The notes: generated from the sequence alone by a model not told the origin. A DNA stretch of 64,000 nt from Pseudomonadales bacterium (GCA_045106985.1 JBGCFQ010000020.1:138429-202428), one strand, 5' to 3'. Positions 46,501-55,497 are shown, numbered from the stretch's first letter. Program-made: numbers and translations.

Positions 46501-46700
46501 ACGAAACTGGAAACATGAACATAGTTATTTGGAAAAATTTGCAGGAGCGATGCCGAAAAACACTAATGCAGTCAAAAATTATGCTGGTTAAGGGTGTAAT
46601 GGAATGTAAAGGCTCAGTAATACATGTTATCGCTGGCGATCTTATAGATTGCAGCGACAGCCTAAAGCACTTTAAAAACAAGTCTCGTGATTTTCACTAA
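43581..46700 (+). CDS. dnaE2: Error-prone DNA polymerase DnaE2 (ImuC)
   Basis: 1039-aa ORF with a TTG start. The N-terminus AYAELHCISNFSFLRGASHPGELV is the DnaE2 hallmark. It has PHP, polymerase-core and OB-fold regions and lacks the tau-binding C-terminal extension that DnaE1 carries. Confidence 0.92.
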   Translation: MAYAELHCISNFSFLRGASHPGELVMQAAELGYSAIAITDECSLAGIVKAHVVAKECGIQLLVGSEFVLNEGIKLVLLAPHRDAYAQLSTLITVARRRSPKGEYSLKLNDLKRGADEQLAIYLPSCLHDNLSAKDRQDSTHYIDDLKSVFKNNLWIGFNNRLNDDSLNRFQYFHSLAKRYQLSLVACGNVHMHCRARKPLQDVLTAIQHNTAIQQLGNKLQSNSEQYLRPIAELDVRYPLPLLNETLRIAKRCEFSMDELRYDYPEELVPPGQSPDAYLRQLVYQGAQQRWTNGVPPKVQEQIEKELLLIRELQYEYYFLTVFDIVYFARSQNILCQGRGSAANSVVCYCLFITEVDPDRISVLFERFISKERDEPPDIDVDFEHERREEVIQYIYKKYSREHAALAATVITYRPRSAIRDVGKALGLDALFVEQLAKSLAWWDRKGDLHKRFEEANIEGGSKMAKLFLKRVDDILGFPRHLSQHVGGFIITRSPISTLVPVENAAMPDRTIIQWDKTDIEAMGLLKVDVLALGMLTAIRKAFDLINSYQPIPIDLSKVPAEDPITYNMLCRADSVGVFQVESRAQISMLPRLKPHKFYDLVIQVAIVRPGPIQGDMVHPYLRRREGSEAVSYPNDDVKAVLERTLGVPIFQEQVIKLAMVAAGFSGGEADQLRRAMASWGKNGNLLHFERKVIDGMLARGHDMDFAQRLFNQMKGFGDYGFPESHAASFALLVYVSAWLKCHYPSAFYCALLNSQPMGFYSPSQLIQDAQRHQIKTLEIDVLHSHWDSTLDLQKNAAGVMNVQPALRLGLRLVKGFNKNAAHRIEQLRQSQGFNCVEELAIRAQLNRQEIEALVGADALRALSGHRHQAHWETAAIEAPQPLLEAGAEILSEGISFPAPSDVQEVLADYQATGLSIKQHPMSLLRTQKPFSRCKTAYQLQLLNHGRFVRVAGIVTGKQRPGSASGVVFLTLEDETGNMNIVIWKNLQERCRKTLMQSKIMLVKGVMECKGSVIHVIAGDLIDCSDSLKHFKNKSRDFH

Positions 46701-46727
46701 GGTTATCTGGAGCTTTTCAATGGGCTG

Positions 46728-47195
46728 CTAGTGTCCCCAGCCTTCATCTCCGTCATGGGTCTTTTCGCCACGGCTGTTCAGCGTCATATCACCATCACCA
46801 TCCTGAGCAGCAAGCGCTGTACCCGTAAGCTGAACACAACGTGTGATTGGAGCTCCCGTGCAAGTGCCCCCAGTAACGCGGTAAAAGCCGCTTTCAGACT
46901 CAACCCCACCACCGCTTAAGGTATACCCAAGATCACTTAGATCTGTTGTATAAGTCATGTTATTCAGAAAGAAACGTTCCTGTTGTTGCATGATTTGCAT
47001 CAATTGCGACGCCGCGTCCGAACGGCGAGATTTCTTCACAAAGTTATCGTAGCTAGGCAACGCCACAGCGGCCAGAATAGCGACAATTGCCACTGCAATC
47101 ATTAGCTCAATCAGCGTCATGCCGTATTGCCGAGTACGAAACTCACGTCGCGGAGTTTTCCACGTAGGTAATTTATTGCTCATAATATTACTCAT
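46728..47195 (-). CDS. pilE: Type IV pilin-like protein (PilE-type minor pilin)
   Basis: 155-aa ORF with a class III signal: ...RQYG|MTLIELMIAVAIVAILAAVALPSY, with Glu at position +5. It is the last gene of the minor-pilin operon. Confidence 0.85.
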   Translation of the reverse strand: MSNIMSNKLPTWKTPRREFRTRQYGMTLIELMIAVAIVAILAAVALPSYDNFVKKSRRSDAASQLMQIMQQQERFFLNNMTYTTDLSDLGYTLSGGGVESESGFYRVTGGTCTGAPITRCVQLTGTALAAQDGDGDMTLNSRGEKTHDGDEGWGH

Positions 47196-47210
47196 ACCAA
47201 ATAATGGGTA

Positions 47211-50200
47211 TTAATTCTCACGCCAGCTTGATCTGAATGCCCGGCCTTTAGGCACACACGCTGTCGCAGCCGTTACAGCCGCTTGCAGAGCACTTGCAAA
47301 ACCATCTGCTTCGAACGCGGATGCATCGTCACATATTGGCTCACTACTGCCATCACCTTTTGTGGGGTCAGTTGGGGTGTCGCCAGGCGATACACACTCG
47401 GTACCAATGCAAACAGCTATCTGCGGCAAATGCAGAATGGTTACTTCAGGAGGTATACCAGGATGAACTAGGTCAACAAACGGTTCAGAGAACACGCTGT
47501 TACCTGTGCCCACATTGAGGAAGTAGGAGCGACCTTCGCCAACCGCACAATCTTCAGTGCCAGGTTGCGCGGGTATAAAGCTCGACACAATAACCGTGTC
47601 ATTAAAAGTAACGGCGCGTTGCAGGATTTTCTCTCCCTCACCTTGGCTCAGAGCAATATAGAAACCGTGGTCTGGCAAAGCAGTTGGGCCAGTGCCACCA
47701 ACAACCTTTCTCGTCAAATCACTTACTATAATCGCTCTAGACGACGTAGGACCCGTCTTTACATAATTGTAGCGATTGCTCTCCAGTGAACTGATCAAGC
47801 GACGACGTTTTGTATACGGATCAAATACCACATACAGCCGGTTTTCTGCTTCATCAAAATCATTAGGGTGTGCACGATATCCTGACCCAACGACCAAGTT
47901 GAAATTGTCACGACCTGAACGCGCATGGCTTCGTGAAATATCGATAGGGTTGTAGAAACGGCGTTTATCTCCGCTACCCGACAGGGTTGCTATCTTGCCA
48001 CCGCTGGACCAATCAGAAGATGCTGCTGAATCGGCGGTTTGATTAAAATCAATTCGCCAGATCTTACCGCTAATGTCTATCGCAAATATGAGGTCTATTG
48101 AACCATCACCATCAGTATCAACTGTTGTTGGTGTAGCCACAATCGAGTGGTCAATGTCCAACTCAAGATTGTGCGAATGCGATCCAGATACCACTGTAGT
48201 TGTACCACTGGGATTAGAGTTGCCCGCAGACCAGAAGAATACGTCGCCGCCGGTTGCTAAATCAACTATATAGATGGCGTTACCCAAGGTACTGTTTGGA
48301 ACATCGCTAGCGTCATCGTAAATCGGATCGTAGCCGCCAGCGAAAATTAGTACTTCAATTTCAGTACAGCCTGTTCCCAGCGCCGAACAGTTGGTTTTAA
48401 TCTTACGGGGCAACATCGCAGACCAGGTTTGTCCCATGCCGCCAAAGCGCGAGTCATCTGTAGGTTTTATTTTCCATTTTAGTTGCGGTGTGCCAAAGGA
48501 TTTATCCGCATTCGATACGTCAAGCGAGTAATAGTTTCTACCACCACGGCGCTCACCAAGGAATAAATTAACCTCAGACAGTTGGAAATTGCTCGGCGTA
48601 CTGGTGGATGACTCTCGCTGTAAAACAGATACTTCGCCATCAAAACCGTATATCTTGCGTGACCCGGCTTTGTTACCCGCGTACTCGCGAACATTGTCTA
48701 AATGCTCTTCCGGAATATAAGCCCACTTTTCGGTACCAAGCGTATCCTTCGGGTCTATAGCTCGCAAGATTCCCATATTGTCCGTTCCAAACAGCACGTC
48801 TTTGGCATTGCTAGTATCTGAACCGGAATAGGTAATAACGAATGGCTTACCGTGCAAAGGGTCGGGTGCAAAGTTGTTGGCATCGGTGTAGGAAGTATCA
48901 CCATCATCGTTGTAGACATCTTGCCCTAATAGCCAACTCAGCAACTCAGTACGCTTCTCAGCGAGAGTCGGACAAGCAGTAGGTACTGGCACGGCCGGTA
49001 GATTGTATTCAATCATGTAATCGACCGTTGAGGGTATAGCCACGGCATCAAACCAGAGTGTTATGCTATCAGCATTGCCTGGCAATGCTGCCTCACAAAC
49101 ATGGGCGGTACCGCTGGCAACGTAATTGGACGCGCAAACCGTACCGTCTGGGCCACTTGTGCGGGTGTAACGAACTTCAGCAAATACCTCCTCAGTAGTG
49201 GTAAACGATAAAATAATTCGACCGCCATCGACTCCCAGCGGCGGATCTTCTGCTAGAACACCGTCTGACGTAACGGTTATAGTCTCGCCATTGCGGTCGG
49301 CCCCTTCAACGCAGGCCGACCCCACGGTTGTGCCAATGCCTAAAGCTTCGTAGCGCACCTGGCTGTTGGTCTGTAATTTCACTTCGCCAGAAGAAGAGGA
49401 CGTTAATGCAGAACCATCTGTGTAGACGTTTCGCGAATTCGTAAGTTGTTCGCGCATACCACCCAATTCTACCTCAGCGCCATCAACAACGTTGCTCCAG
49501 AAACTCTGCGCATCTTCCCTGATTGAGCCTGAACTGCCATCTATTGCGGGTGACGCTGTGGAGTCAACCAACAGTCCCTCTGGCGTAATACGGAACTTTT
49601 TAATATTGCCCTGCCACCGCGCACTCAACTTCGGTTGAAAAATTGAGTAGTAGAGTTCGTCGCGATGCTGAAGCTGATTAAATGCGTTAACCGATACCGC
49701 CGGAGCCACGTTGGTATAGGTAATACCCTTCACTTCTTCAATGACTTGCTGAATCAGCTCGAGAATTTTGCTGGCGTCAGAGACGCCAAACGTGCCTTGA
49801 ACATAACGTCGCGGTTTAGAGCCAGGGCCCTCCGGGTCTCCCGCATTCCATTCCACATCGCCCGTATAGTTGCCTCCGGGGGATGCAATAGCAGCGGCGG
49901 CTCTTGACGCCGGAGCGTACCACGATCCACCAGGTGGAACATGCAGAATCGTAAACTGTGCTTGCAAGCCATTAGGAAGAATACTTCCATCTTTCAATAC
50001 ATTATATTCCCCAAAACCTAACAGCGTATTACCGAGGTTATGATTTGCGCTCCCAGTGGAAACCAACGATGAGCAGCATCCCCAAGGATAATCGCGAAGT
50101 GCGTCAGTGAAAAACACGAACTGAACGTTAGTTGCTTCACTTACATCCAGAACACCACCTGCAGCATAAATATTCGCTTGTCGCATTACCGCTAGTGACG

Positions 50201-50609
50201 CTGGTTGGTGATCTTGAAGATCCCAAAACCTGGGTGAACCTGGCCCATAATGACGCCCCCAGTTAGTCGCGGTCGCAATATCATTGGTGAAAGGCACAGT
50301 TACATCAAACTTGTGCTCCCGGGTGTTATGATTCGTTCCGTAGTTGACAATTGCTACTTGAATATCGTCCAAATCACTGTTTAAAACTTCAGTAATCGTC
50401 GCATCGATTGTTGCTTTACTGGCAGCAAACTCCCAAGAACTCATCGAACCTGAGTTATCAACGATAAATACGAATCGGTACTTCTCTTGATTAACCGTTG
50501 CGCAAGCGCTCACATCTGTATAAATCTCTGTATCGTCAGCCATTGCCGGTAGTGCCGCGAACAAAGCGGTAAGCAAAAGAAGGCTTAGAACATTCGATGC
50601 TATTTTCAT
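47211..50609 (-). CDS. pilY1: PilY1-like pilus tip adhesin with an N-terminal VWA domain
   Basis: 1132-aa ORF with a signal peptide, a MIDAS motif (FIVDNSGSM) and a C-terminal propeller region. The propeller carries a calcium-site-like DTDGDGSIDLIFAIDISGKIWRIDF. Confidence 0.85.
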   Translation of the reverse strand: MKIASNVLSLLLLTALFAALPAMADDTEIYTDVSACATVNQEKYRFVFIVDNSGSMSSWEFAASKATIDATITEVLNSDLDDIQVAIVNYGTNHNTREHKFDVTVPFTNDIATATNWGRHYGPGSPRFWDLQDHQPASLAVMRQANIYAAGGVLDVSEATNVQFVFFTDALRDYPWGCCSSLVSTGSANHNLGNTLLGFGEYNVLKDGSILPNGLQAQFTILHVPPGGSWYAPASRAAAAIASPGGNYTGDVEWNAGDPEGPGSKPRRYVQGTFGVSDASKILELIQQVIEEVKGITYTNVAPAVSVNAFNQLQHRDELYYSIFQPKLSARWQGNIKKFRITPEGLLVDSTASPAIDGSSGSIREDAQSFWSNVVDGAEVELGGMREQLTNSRNVYTDGSALTSSSSGEVKLQTNSQVRYEALGIGTTVGSACVEGADRNGETITVTSDGVLAEDPPLGVDGGRIILSFTTTEEVFAEVRYTRTSGPDGTVCASNYVASGTAHVCEAALPGNADSITLWFDAVAIPSTVDYMIEYNLPAVPVPTACPTLAEKRTELLSWLLGQDVYNDDGDTSYTDANNFAPDPLHGKPFVITYSGSDTSNAKDVLFGTDNMGILRAIDPKDTLGTEKWAYIPEEHLDNVREYAGNKAGSRKIYGFDGEVSVLQRESSTSTPSNFQLSEVNLFLGERRGGRNYYSLDVSNADKSFGTPQLKWKIKPTDDSRFGGMGQTWSAMLPRKIKTNCSALGTGCTEIEVLIFAGGYDPIYDDASDVPNSTLGNAIYIVDLATGGDVFFWSAGNSNPSGTTTVVSGSHSHNLELDIDHSIVATPTTVDTDGDGSIDLIFAIDISGKIWRIDFNQTADSAASSDWSSGGKIATLSGSGDKRRFYNPIDISRSHARSGRDNFNLVVGSGYRAHPNDFDEAENRLYVVFDPYTKRRRLISSLESNRYNYVKTGPTSSRAIIVSDLTRKVVGGTGPTALPDHGFYIALSQGEGEKILQRAVTFNDTVIVSSFIPAQPGTEDCAVGEGRSYFLNVGTGNSVFSEPFVDLVHPGIPPEVTILHLPQIAVCIGTECVSPGDTPTDPTKGDGSSEPICDDASAFEADGFASALQAAVTAATACVPKGRAFRSSWREN

Positions 50610-50618
50610 TCGTATATC

Positions 50619-51044
50619 CTAGTTCTTAGGAACAAGTTGGATGTGTACTATTTCTTTAATCGAGTCATCATCAAATTGAATTGAGATAGCTTCGTAGGTA
50701 TGGTTTGCCTTTAAAGTGTGCACTTGTCGAATATCACCATCACCATCAACAACCTCGGTGCGCTCGGTAATCTTAGAGATCAACTGGCACGAGGTGCAAT
50801 CGCTTGGCCACAGCCGAATTGGGATTGAATATTCGTTTTGAGACGGCGTGGCTTTGCCGCGTAAGCGAAATTGAGTTATAACAATTCTATTGGGATCTTT
50901 ATTGTCTAACTGTTGAATAGGAGGAGGTTGCCCACCACCGTTAGCCACTCCACTATTGGCGTTTTGTTGCGCGCCAACCGTGCCGGCAAACATCAATGCC
51001 GCGATTAACGCGGCAAGCATAGAAAAATGGTTTCGTTCAAACAT
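50619..51044 (-). CDS. Hypothetical small secreted protein within the minor-pilin operon
   Basis: 141-aa ORF with a Sec signal peptide (MLAALIAALMFAGTVGA|QQ) and no pilin N-methylation motif. Its stop is 9 nt upstream of the pilY1 start. Confidence 0.55.
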   Translation of the reverse strand: MFERNHFSMLAALIAALMFAGTVGAQQNANSGVANGGGQPPPIQQLDNKDPNRIVITQFRLRGKATPSQNEYSIPIRLWPSDCTSCQLISKITERTEVVDGDGDIRQVHTLKANHTYEAISIQFDDDSIKEIVHIQLVPKN

Positions 51045-51082
51045 AATATGTACTCGAATATTTCATTATCAACATGCGCTGG

Positions 51083-51637
51083 CTACCAGCCGCCGCCCTG
51101 AGGTAACAGAAACCAAAAGCCCTGAATTTGATCCGAACGGGCACCCGTATCGCCAAAGCTGGCTGAGCTCTGCAGGTTTACACGTAAGGTTCTGGTCTGG
51201 TTGTCAATTGAATAGCCTGCTGGCGCCAAGCAGTCATCAGGGTCGCAGGCCATCGCCATCGATATGTTCTGGTCGAAGGCGCCCACACCGCCGTGCGGTC
51301 CCAGCAGCTCATCAGTATCGAGTTCCCATGGTTGATCCACATCGAATTCTAGTAAAGCGAGAATAGTAGGGTCTAGATCGTCAGGCGCATTGCCATTAAT
51401 CAAATCCAATTGTGCGTTTATTTCAGATAACGCTACTCTGTGCGCATTAAGATAGAACTGATCGTTCTTCACCATTGCTAGCTGAATATTTGTGTCAGAC
51501 ATGGAGCTCATTGCCAACAGCGACAATGCAGTCATCACCACCAACACCACGATCAAGACCGCTCCGCGGTTTTTCGAGGAACTATGCGGCGACCTAAGCA
51601 ACGGCCTATTCTGGTGCATGGCGTTAACTCCGGGCAT
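51083..51637 (-). CDS. pilX: PilX-like minor pilin
   Basis: 184-aa ORF whose N-terminus (NRGAVLIVVLVVMTALSLLAMS) is typical of PilX. It lies after pilW. The start may be the ATG at 51619. Confidence 0.7.
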   Translation of the reverse strand: MPGVNAMHQNRPLLRSPHSSSKNRGAVLIVVLVVMTALSLLAMSSMSDTNIQLAMVKNDQFYLNAHRVALSEINAQLDLINGNAPDDLDPTILALLEFDVDQPWELDTDELLGPHGGVGAFDQNISMAMACDPDDCLAPAGYSIDNQTRTLRVNLQSSASFGDTGARSDQIQGFWFLLPQGGGW

Positions 51638-52514
51638 TATTGATGGTTACCGTTGTAGTAAAAATCTGTCGGCGTGACTTATCCGTATAATTCAAACTTG
51701 GCGCATCAAGCAGCTTGAAAGTTCTTGATGCTTGAGTGTCGCTCGTGTCGTCTAAACCGCTGCTGGCTAATAAAGCAATACGTACAGCAGCTATATCAAC
51801 CCAGGGAGTATTCGCGCCTTCTGGAACATCTAGCCCTCCTACATCATCAGCGTTGATATAGCGTTGAATCTGTGTGTCATAAGCTTGAACATTTTCCACA
51901 TCGGTTACACCATAAAGCACTTGCAAATTATCGATGCCGCTGACTAACACTTGTGGTGTTGCGTTAACAGCCGTGGCAACACCGTCCTCATCAACAAGAA
52001 AAGTCTGACACATTAAGCTATTAACACCACCGTCATCGCCAATCATGTACACATAGGCAGCCATCGAAATGGCAGCTGTTTCCGTGTCCACATCCAGCGG
52101 CAATCCAATGCAATCCTCGTCGGTACCATCATCAGGTGGCGGATTCATCAATACTGCAATTCGGTCTGGGGTTGTTCCACCGCCATCGGCTGTACAAGGG
52201 TCAAAACTGCCGCAGGCTCCGGCGTAGAACTGGCCTGGAGGAATTTCAGCGTCTCTAGTCATCAAATCTACATAACTGGCCATGCGAATGGAGCTTGCGA
52301 GTTCATCCATCGCGAACCTGGCGTTTTCTTGTAACCTGGAATTTACATCTTGTGTGCTGTGAGCAACTCGTGAGCTCAGTAGAAAAGACATAGCAATACC
52401 AAGAAAGAATATGCCGAGTCCCATAGAGACCAACAACTCAATGAGCGTAAAGCCTTTGCTTTTTTGTATTTGAATCGTCATTACCTTTGAAGATGTCATA
52501 TTAGTAAATGTCAT
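51624..52514 (-). CDS. pilW: PilW-like minor pilin
   Basis: 296-aa ORF with KG|FTLIELLVSMGLGIFFLGIAMSFL. The start is possibly the internal ATG at 52481. Confidence 0.8.
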   Translation of the reverse strand: MTFTNMTSSKVMTIQIQKSKGFTLIELLVSMGLGIFFLGIAMSFLLSSRVAHSTQDVNSRLQENARFAMDELASSIRMASYVDLMTRDAEIPPGQFYAGACGSFDPCTADGGGTTPDRIAVLMNPPPDDGTDEDCIGLPLDVDTETAAISMAAYVYMIGDDGGVNSLMCQTFLVDEDGVATAVNATPQVLVSGIDNLQVLYGVTDVENVQAYDTQIQRYINADDVGGLDVPEGANTPWVDIAAVRIALLASSGLDDTSDTQASRTFKLLDAPSLNYTDKSRRQIFTTTVTINNARS

Positions 52515-53116
52515 GGTCGAAAAGTCAGAGTAATTCGTTCCATAGCGGCATCTCGCGCTACACCACCAATAGTCACGCTGTTGTCTCTAAGTCGAGCATC
52601 GCTGTCTACAGCCTTCGATATCCAAGAAAATACCAAAGTCATATCAGCGCCCAACGCACAACCACCAACACAGGAAAGTTCAGCGTCAAAATCCAATAAT
52701 TGTTGATCCAGTGGAACGCCCCCGCCACAAATTGAGCTCCACACATCGAAGGTCGCCATTTGCTCTGTCGTGCACTCCGCGGGTGATCCACCGGTCGCCG
52801 CAGAGCAAGATGTTCCCGGCGCAGCAGGACAGGCGCCCATACCGGTGACCGCATCAACATACGCTTCCATTGAGCCGACCGTTCTATTTGCTGCAATCCG
52901 GTCAATCAGACCATTGGCCCGCCAGAGTGCTACGGATCTTTGCTGGGTATCTAAGGTTTCTTGCATGGATTTCGATTGCAGTGCGCTAAACCCCATCACA
53001 CTGATGCCGAGCAATAGTAAGGAGATAAGTAGCTCTATCATTGTGAACCCGGCAGAGTTGCCAGGAAGACAATTGCCTGAGTGAGATTTACGACTGCTAG
53101 CGTTAAGACGCGTCAT
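52511..53116 (-). CDS. pilV: PilV-like minor pilin
   Basis: The ORF extends to 53131. The ATG at 53116 overlaps the upstream stop as TAATG. The class III signal is ...NSAG|FTMIELLISLLLLGISVMGFSAL. Confidence 0.8.
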   Translation of the reverse strand: MTRLNASSRKSHSGNCLPGNSAGFTMIELLISLLLLGISVMGFSALQSKSMQETLDTQQRSVALWRANGLIDRIAANRTVGSMEAYVDAVTGMGACPAAPGTSCSAATGGSPAECTTEQMATFDVWSSICGGGVPLDQQLLDFDAELSCVGGCALGADMTLVFSWISKAVDSDARLRDNSVTIGGVARDAAMERITLTFRP

Positions 53117-53640
53117 TAGGCTGGGTTGCATCCATCCCCCCTACTGCTGTCTAGCTTTCGCGTTAAAGAACGACCGACTTGATTGATCTCGACATGCCGA
53201 CCATACCCGGAGCCTCGCTCATCACAGATACCAAACGTTACTGCGCCACCACCTTCTTGCAAACGACCACGCGGAGTAAAGCTGACACCGTCGGCCGCCG
53301 CCGCGTTGCCTTCTATAGTTACCTCAGTTCCAGCCACTTGAACTGATTTTAAAAATCCATCCCCATCTGGGTCGCAGGCTTCACCCGCTACGGCAACCAC
53401 GCAAACTGCAATTTTATTGCCATCTTGCGTTTCCAAAGTAACAAATTGATTGCGAGCGATAGCCTCGCTGCGGGCGTACTTCAGAACCCCTGCCAATGCT
53501 TGGGCTGAAGAATGTAACTGATTGTTTTGAATCCAGTTTGTAACCGGCGGGCCAGCGACAGCTGTAAGTACGCCACCAATGGCCAGCACTATTAGCAGCT
53601 CTATCATTGTTAAACCGGTGGAACTTCGCTTAGATTTCAA
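53116..53640 (-). CDS. FimT/FimU (GspH-family) minor pilin
   Basis: 174-aa ORF with MKSKRSSTG|LTMIELLIVLAIGGVLTAVAGP. It is the first gene of the operon. Confidence 0.8.
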   Translation of the reverse strand: MKSKRSSTGLTMIELLIVLAIGGVLTAVAGPPVTNWIQNNQLHSSAQALAGVLKYARSEAIARNQFVTLETQDGNKIAVCVVAVAGEACDPDGDGFLKSVQVAGTEVTIEGNAAAADGVSFTPRGRLQEGGGAVTFGICDERGSGYGRHVEINQVGRSLTRKLDSSRGDGCNPA

Positions 53641-53709
53641 CGCTCTACGCCGTGTTATTTATCTCTAACTAACACTAGTTCACCGAAGGCGATTGTCAAA
53701 ATTCACACT

Positions 53710-53750
53710 CTTGATATCGCTTGTTAAAGACTGTGCGGTCTTATATCAAG
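53710..53750 (-). terminator. Candidate intrinsic terminator after the LLM oxidoreductase gene
   Basis: The outer inverted repeat is CTTGATAT...ATATCAAG, with a nested AAGAC-tgtgcg-GTCTT. On the minus strand an ATTTTG tract lies about 8 nt after the stem. Confidence 0.4.
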
Positions 53751-53775
53751 ATAAACGCTCGTAGCTGAACGGTTT

Positions 53776-54762
53776 TTAATCGGTTAGTGCATTTAATACC
53801 GACTTTTTATAGAGCTTGATACAGTCCCAACCTCTCTCAACAGATATACCCCCGCAAAGGGGATGTAGAAGAGCGTTATAGTCATTGTCGGCCTGATGTC
53901 GCGCAATACACTCCTCTGGCGTAATGATTTCATACAGCTTACTGAGTTTTAGCTCTTCAACAGTGTGCACGGGCATTTCGAGCGGTCTATACAGTCCCTT
54001 CTGCGCCCAGGATGAATACTCCTCAACTTCGTTCAAGAAACACTCTCCCAATTCATCCCAAGCACTTTCCGGGTGCTCATCAATAAACAGGCAAGAAAAG
54101 TTGGCAGGCGGCGTGTAAACAAAACCTTGCTTACCTTGCTTGGCAAGCTCTTCGTAGTACAGTGCCTCTAGCTCGGGCATAGGGGACGGCGGAGCAAAGG
54201 GCAGACCATATCGCGCCGCCCTGCGCGCCGCAGGCTTGCTCATTCCCCCAACCAAGAACATAGGGTGAGGGCGACTGTATGGCTTCGGAGTTACATTTAT
54301 TCGAATGCCATTGTAGTCAAAGGGTTCGTCATACCAGGCCTTGAGCAAGGTATCCAGTACGTGATCCATCCATTCACCACGGTTTTCAAAGGGTTTGTTG
54401 GTTGCTCGAAATTCTAGCTCGCGGTAACCCATGCCGGCAATAAAGGTCAGCCGTCCGCGCGATAACAGATCGACAACCGCTATGTCTTCGGCAAGCCGAA
54501 TGGGATCATAGAGCGCGACGAGTAAGGCCATAACGCCGATCTTAACCCGCTCGGTCCGCGCTGCTGCAGCTGATGCCATGGTAAGAGGGGAAGGAAGCCA
54601 GCCGTTGGCAGCGCCATGATGCTCTTCGAAATTGACTGCGGTAAATCCATTCTTGTCCGCATATTCAGCCATATCGATAGCAGCGCGGTAACGCAAGGAA
54701 CGCAATTCAGGGTCGGCTTCACTACCGGTCATGTTAAACCGCAGAGACGATTGAACTGTCAT
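53776..54762 (-). CDS. Luciferase-like (LLM class) flavin/deazaflavin-dependent oxidoreductase
   Basis: 328-aa ORF with a TIM-barrel LLM pattern (LPSPLTMASAAAARTERVKIGVMALLVALYDPIRLAEDIAVVDLLSRGRL). Confidence 0.8.
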   Translation of the reverse strand: MTVQSSLRFNMTGSEADPELRSLRYRAAIDMAEYADKNGFTAVNFEEHHGAANGWLPSPLTMASAAAARTERVKIGVMALLVALYDPIRLAEDIAVVDLLSRGRLTFIAGMGYRELEFRATNKPFENRGEWMDHVLDTLLKAWYDEPFDYNGIRINVTPKPYSRPHPMFLVGGMSKPAARRAARYGLPFAPPSPMPELEALYYEELAKQGKQGFVYTPPANFSCLFIDEHPESAWDELGECFLNEVEEYSSWAQKGLYRPLEMPVHTVEELKLSKLYEIITPEECIARHQADNDYNALLHPLCGGISVERGWDCIKLYKKSVLNALTD

Positions 54763-54770
54763 AGGCCTGC

Positions 54771-55472
54771 CTAGTAGCTTTCCGGTCTCAGTAATTCACC
54801 GTCCACCAGAAAAGAATCAAGGCTGAATTCAAGCTTACGTTCCATAATGGCAAAAAACACTACATTAGCGCGTGTATGACATAAGGTAGATTGAGGCAGT
54901 TCAGGTGTATTAGAAAAAATAGCGGCCGGATGAAATAAGGCGATATTTCGTCCGCCATTGATGCATCGCGCAGAGGGGTACACTAATACTTCAACGGCAC
55001 TCTCTCTAACCCGTCTGCCTAAAGACTGAGTTTCCCGGTAAGAGCGACGGTCTTTAAGCTCTTCGGAGGATTCCGCGTAGTCGTAGCTGCTGAAGTCCAC
55101 CCCTGAATCGCTACGATAGCTAAATTCGAACAAAGTGTGGCAACTGTCTATTGCGTGAGGTGGTGCTTCAAGCATGTCATGCCACCAACAAAATCGATAA
55201 TAAGCCACCTCCGCCATGCAGGTTTGCGCCTGCCTGGACGCATAAAATATACCTCGTTCAGCACGTGTTCCAAATCGCGACCCGTACTTAAGTGGGGGAT
55301 ACCTAAATGGCGTGTACAGCAAGTAATGCATATGCTGGCAATCATCTGGTACAGGTGGCTTGGCAGAATCAATAATAGATTCCAACAAGTCTTGTTCAGC
55401 GAGTGAATCTGTTAGTAGCAGTGTTGCTGTGACTTCCTGGCTTTCAACCAGGCGATGCGCCCTGCCCATCAT
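54771..55472 (-). CDS. RES-domain toxin (NAD+-targeting family)
   Basis: The ORF extends to 55553 and the start is uncertain: ATG at 55472, or GTG at 55505 overlapping the antitoxin stop. RES elements are SRFGTRAERGIFYAS, the E in CMAEVAYY, and YPSARCINGGRNIALF. Confidence 0.75.
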   Translation of the reverse strand: MMGRAHRLVESQEVTATLLLTDSLAEQDLLESIIDSAKPPVPDDCQHMHYLLYTPFRYPPLKYGSRFGTRAERGIFYASRQAQTCMAEVAYYRFCWWHDMLEAPPHAIDSCHTLFEFSYRSDSGVDFSSYDYAESSEELKDRRSYRETQSLGRRVRESAVEVLVYPSARCINGGRNIALFHPAAIFSNTPELPQSTLCHTRANVVFFAIMERKLEFSLDSFLVDGELLRPESY

Positions 55473-55497
55473 AGGTTCAGGGGCGAATCTTAGCGAA

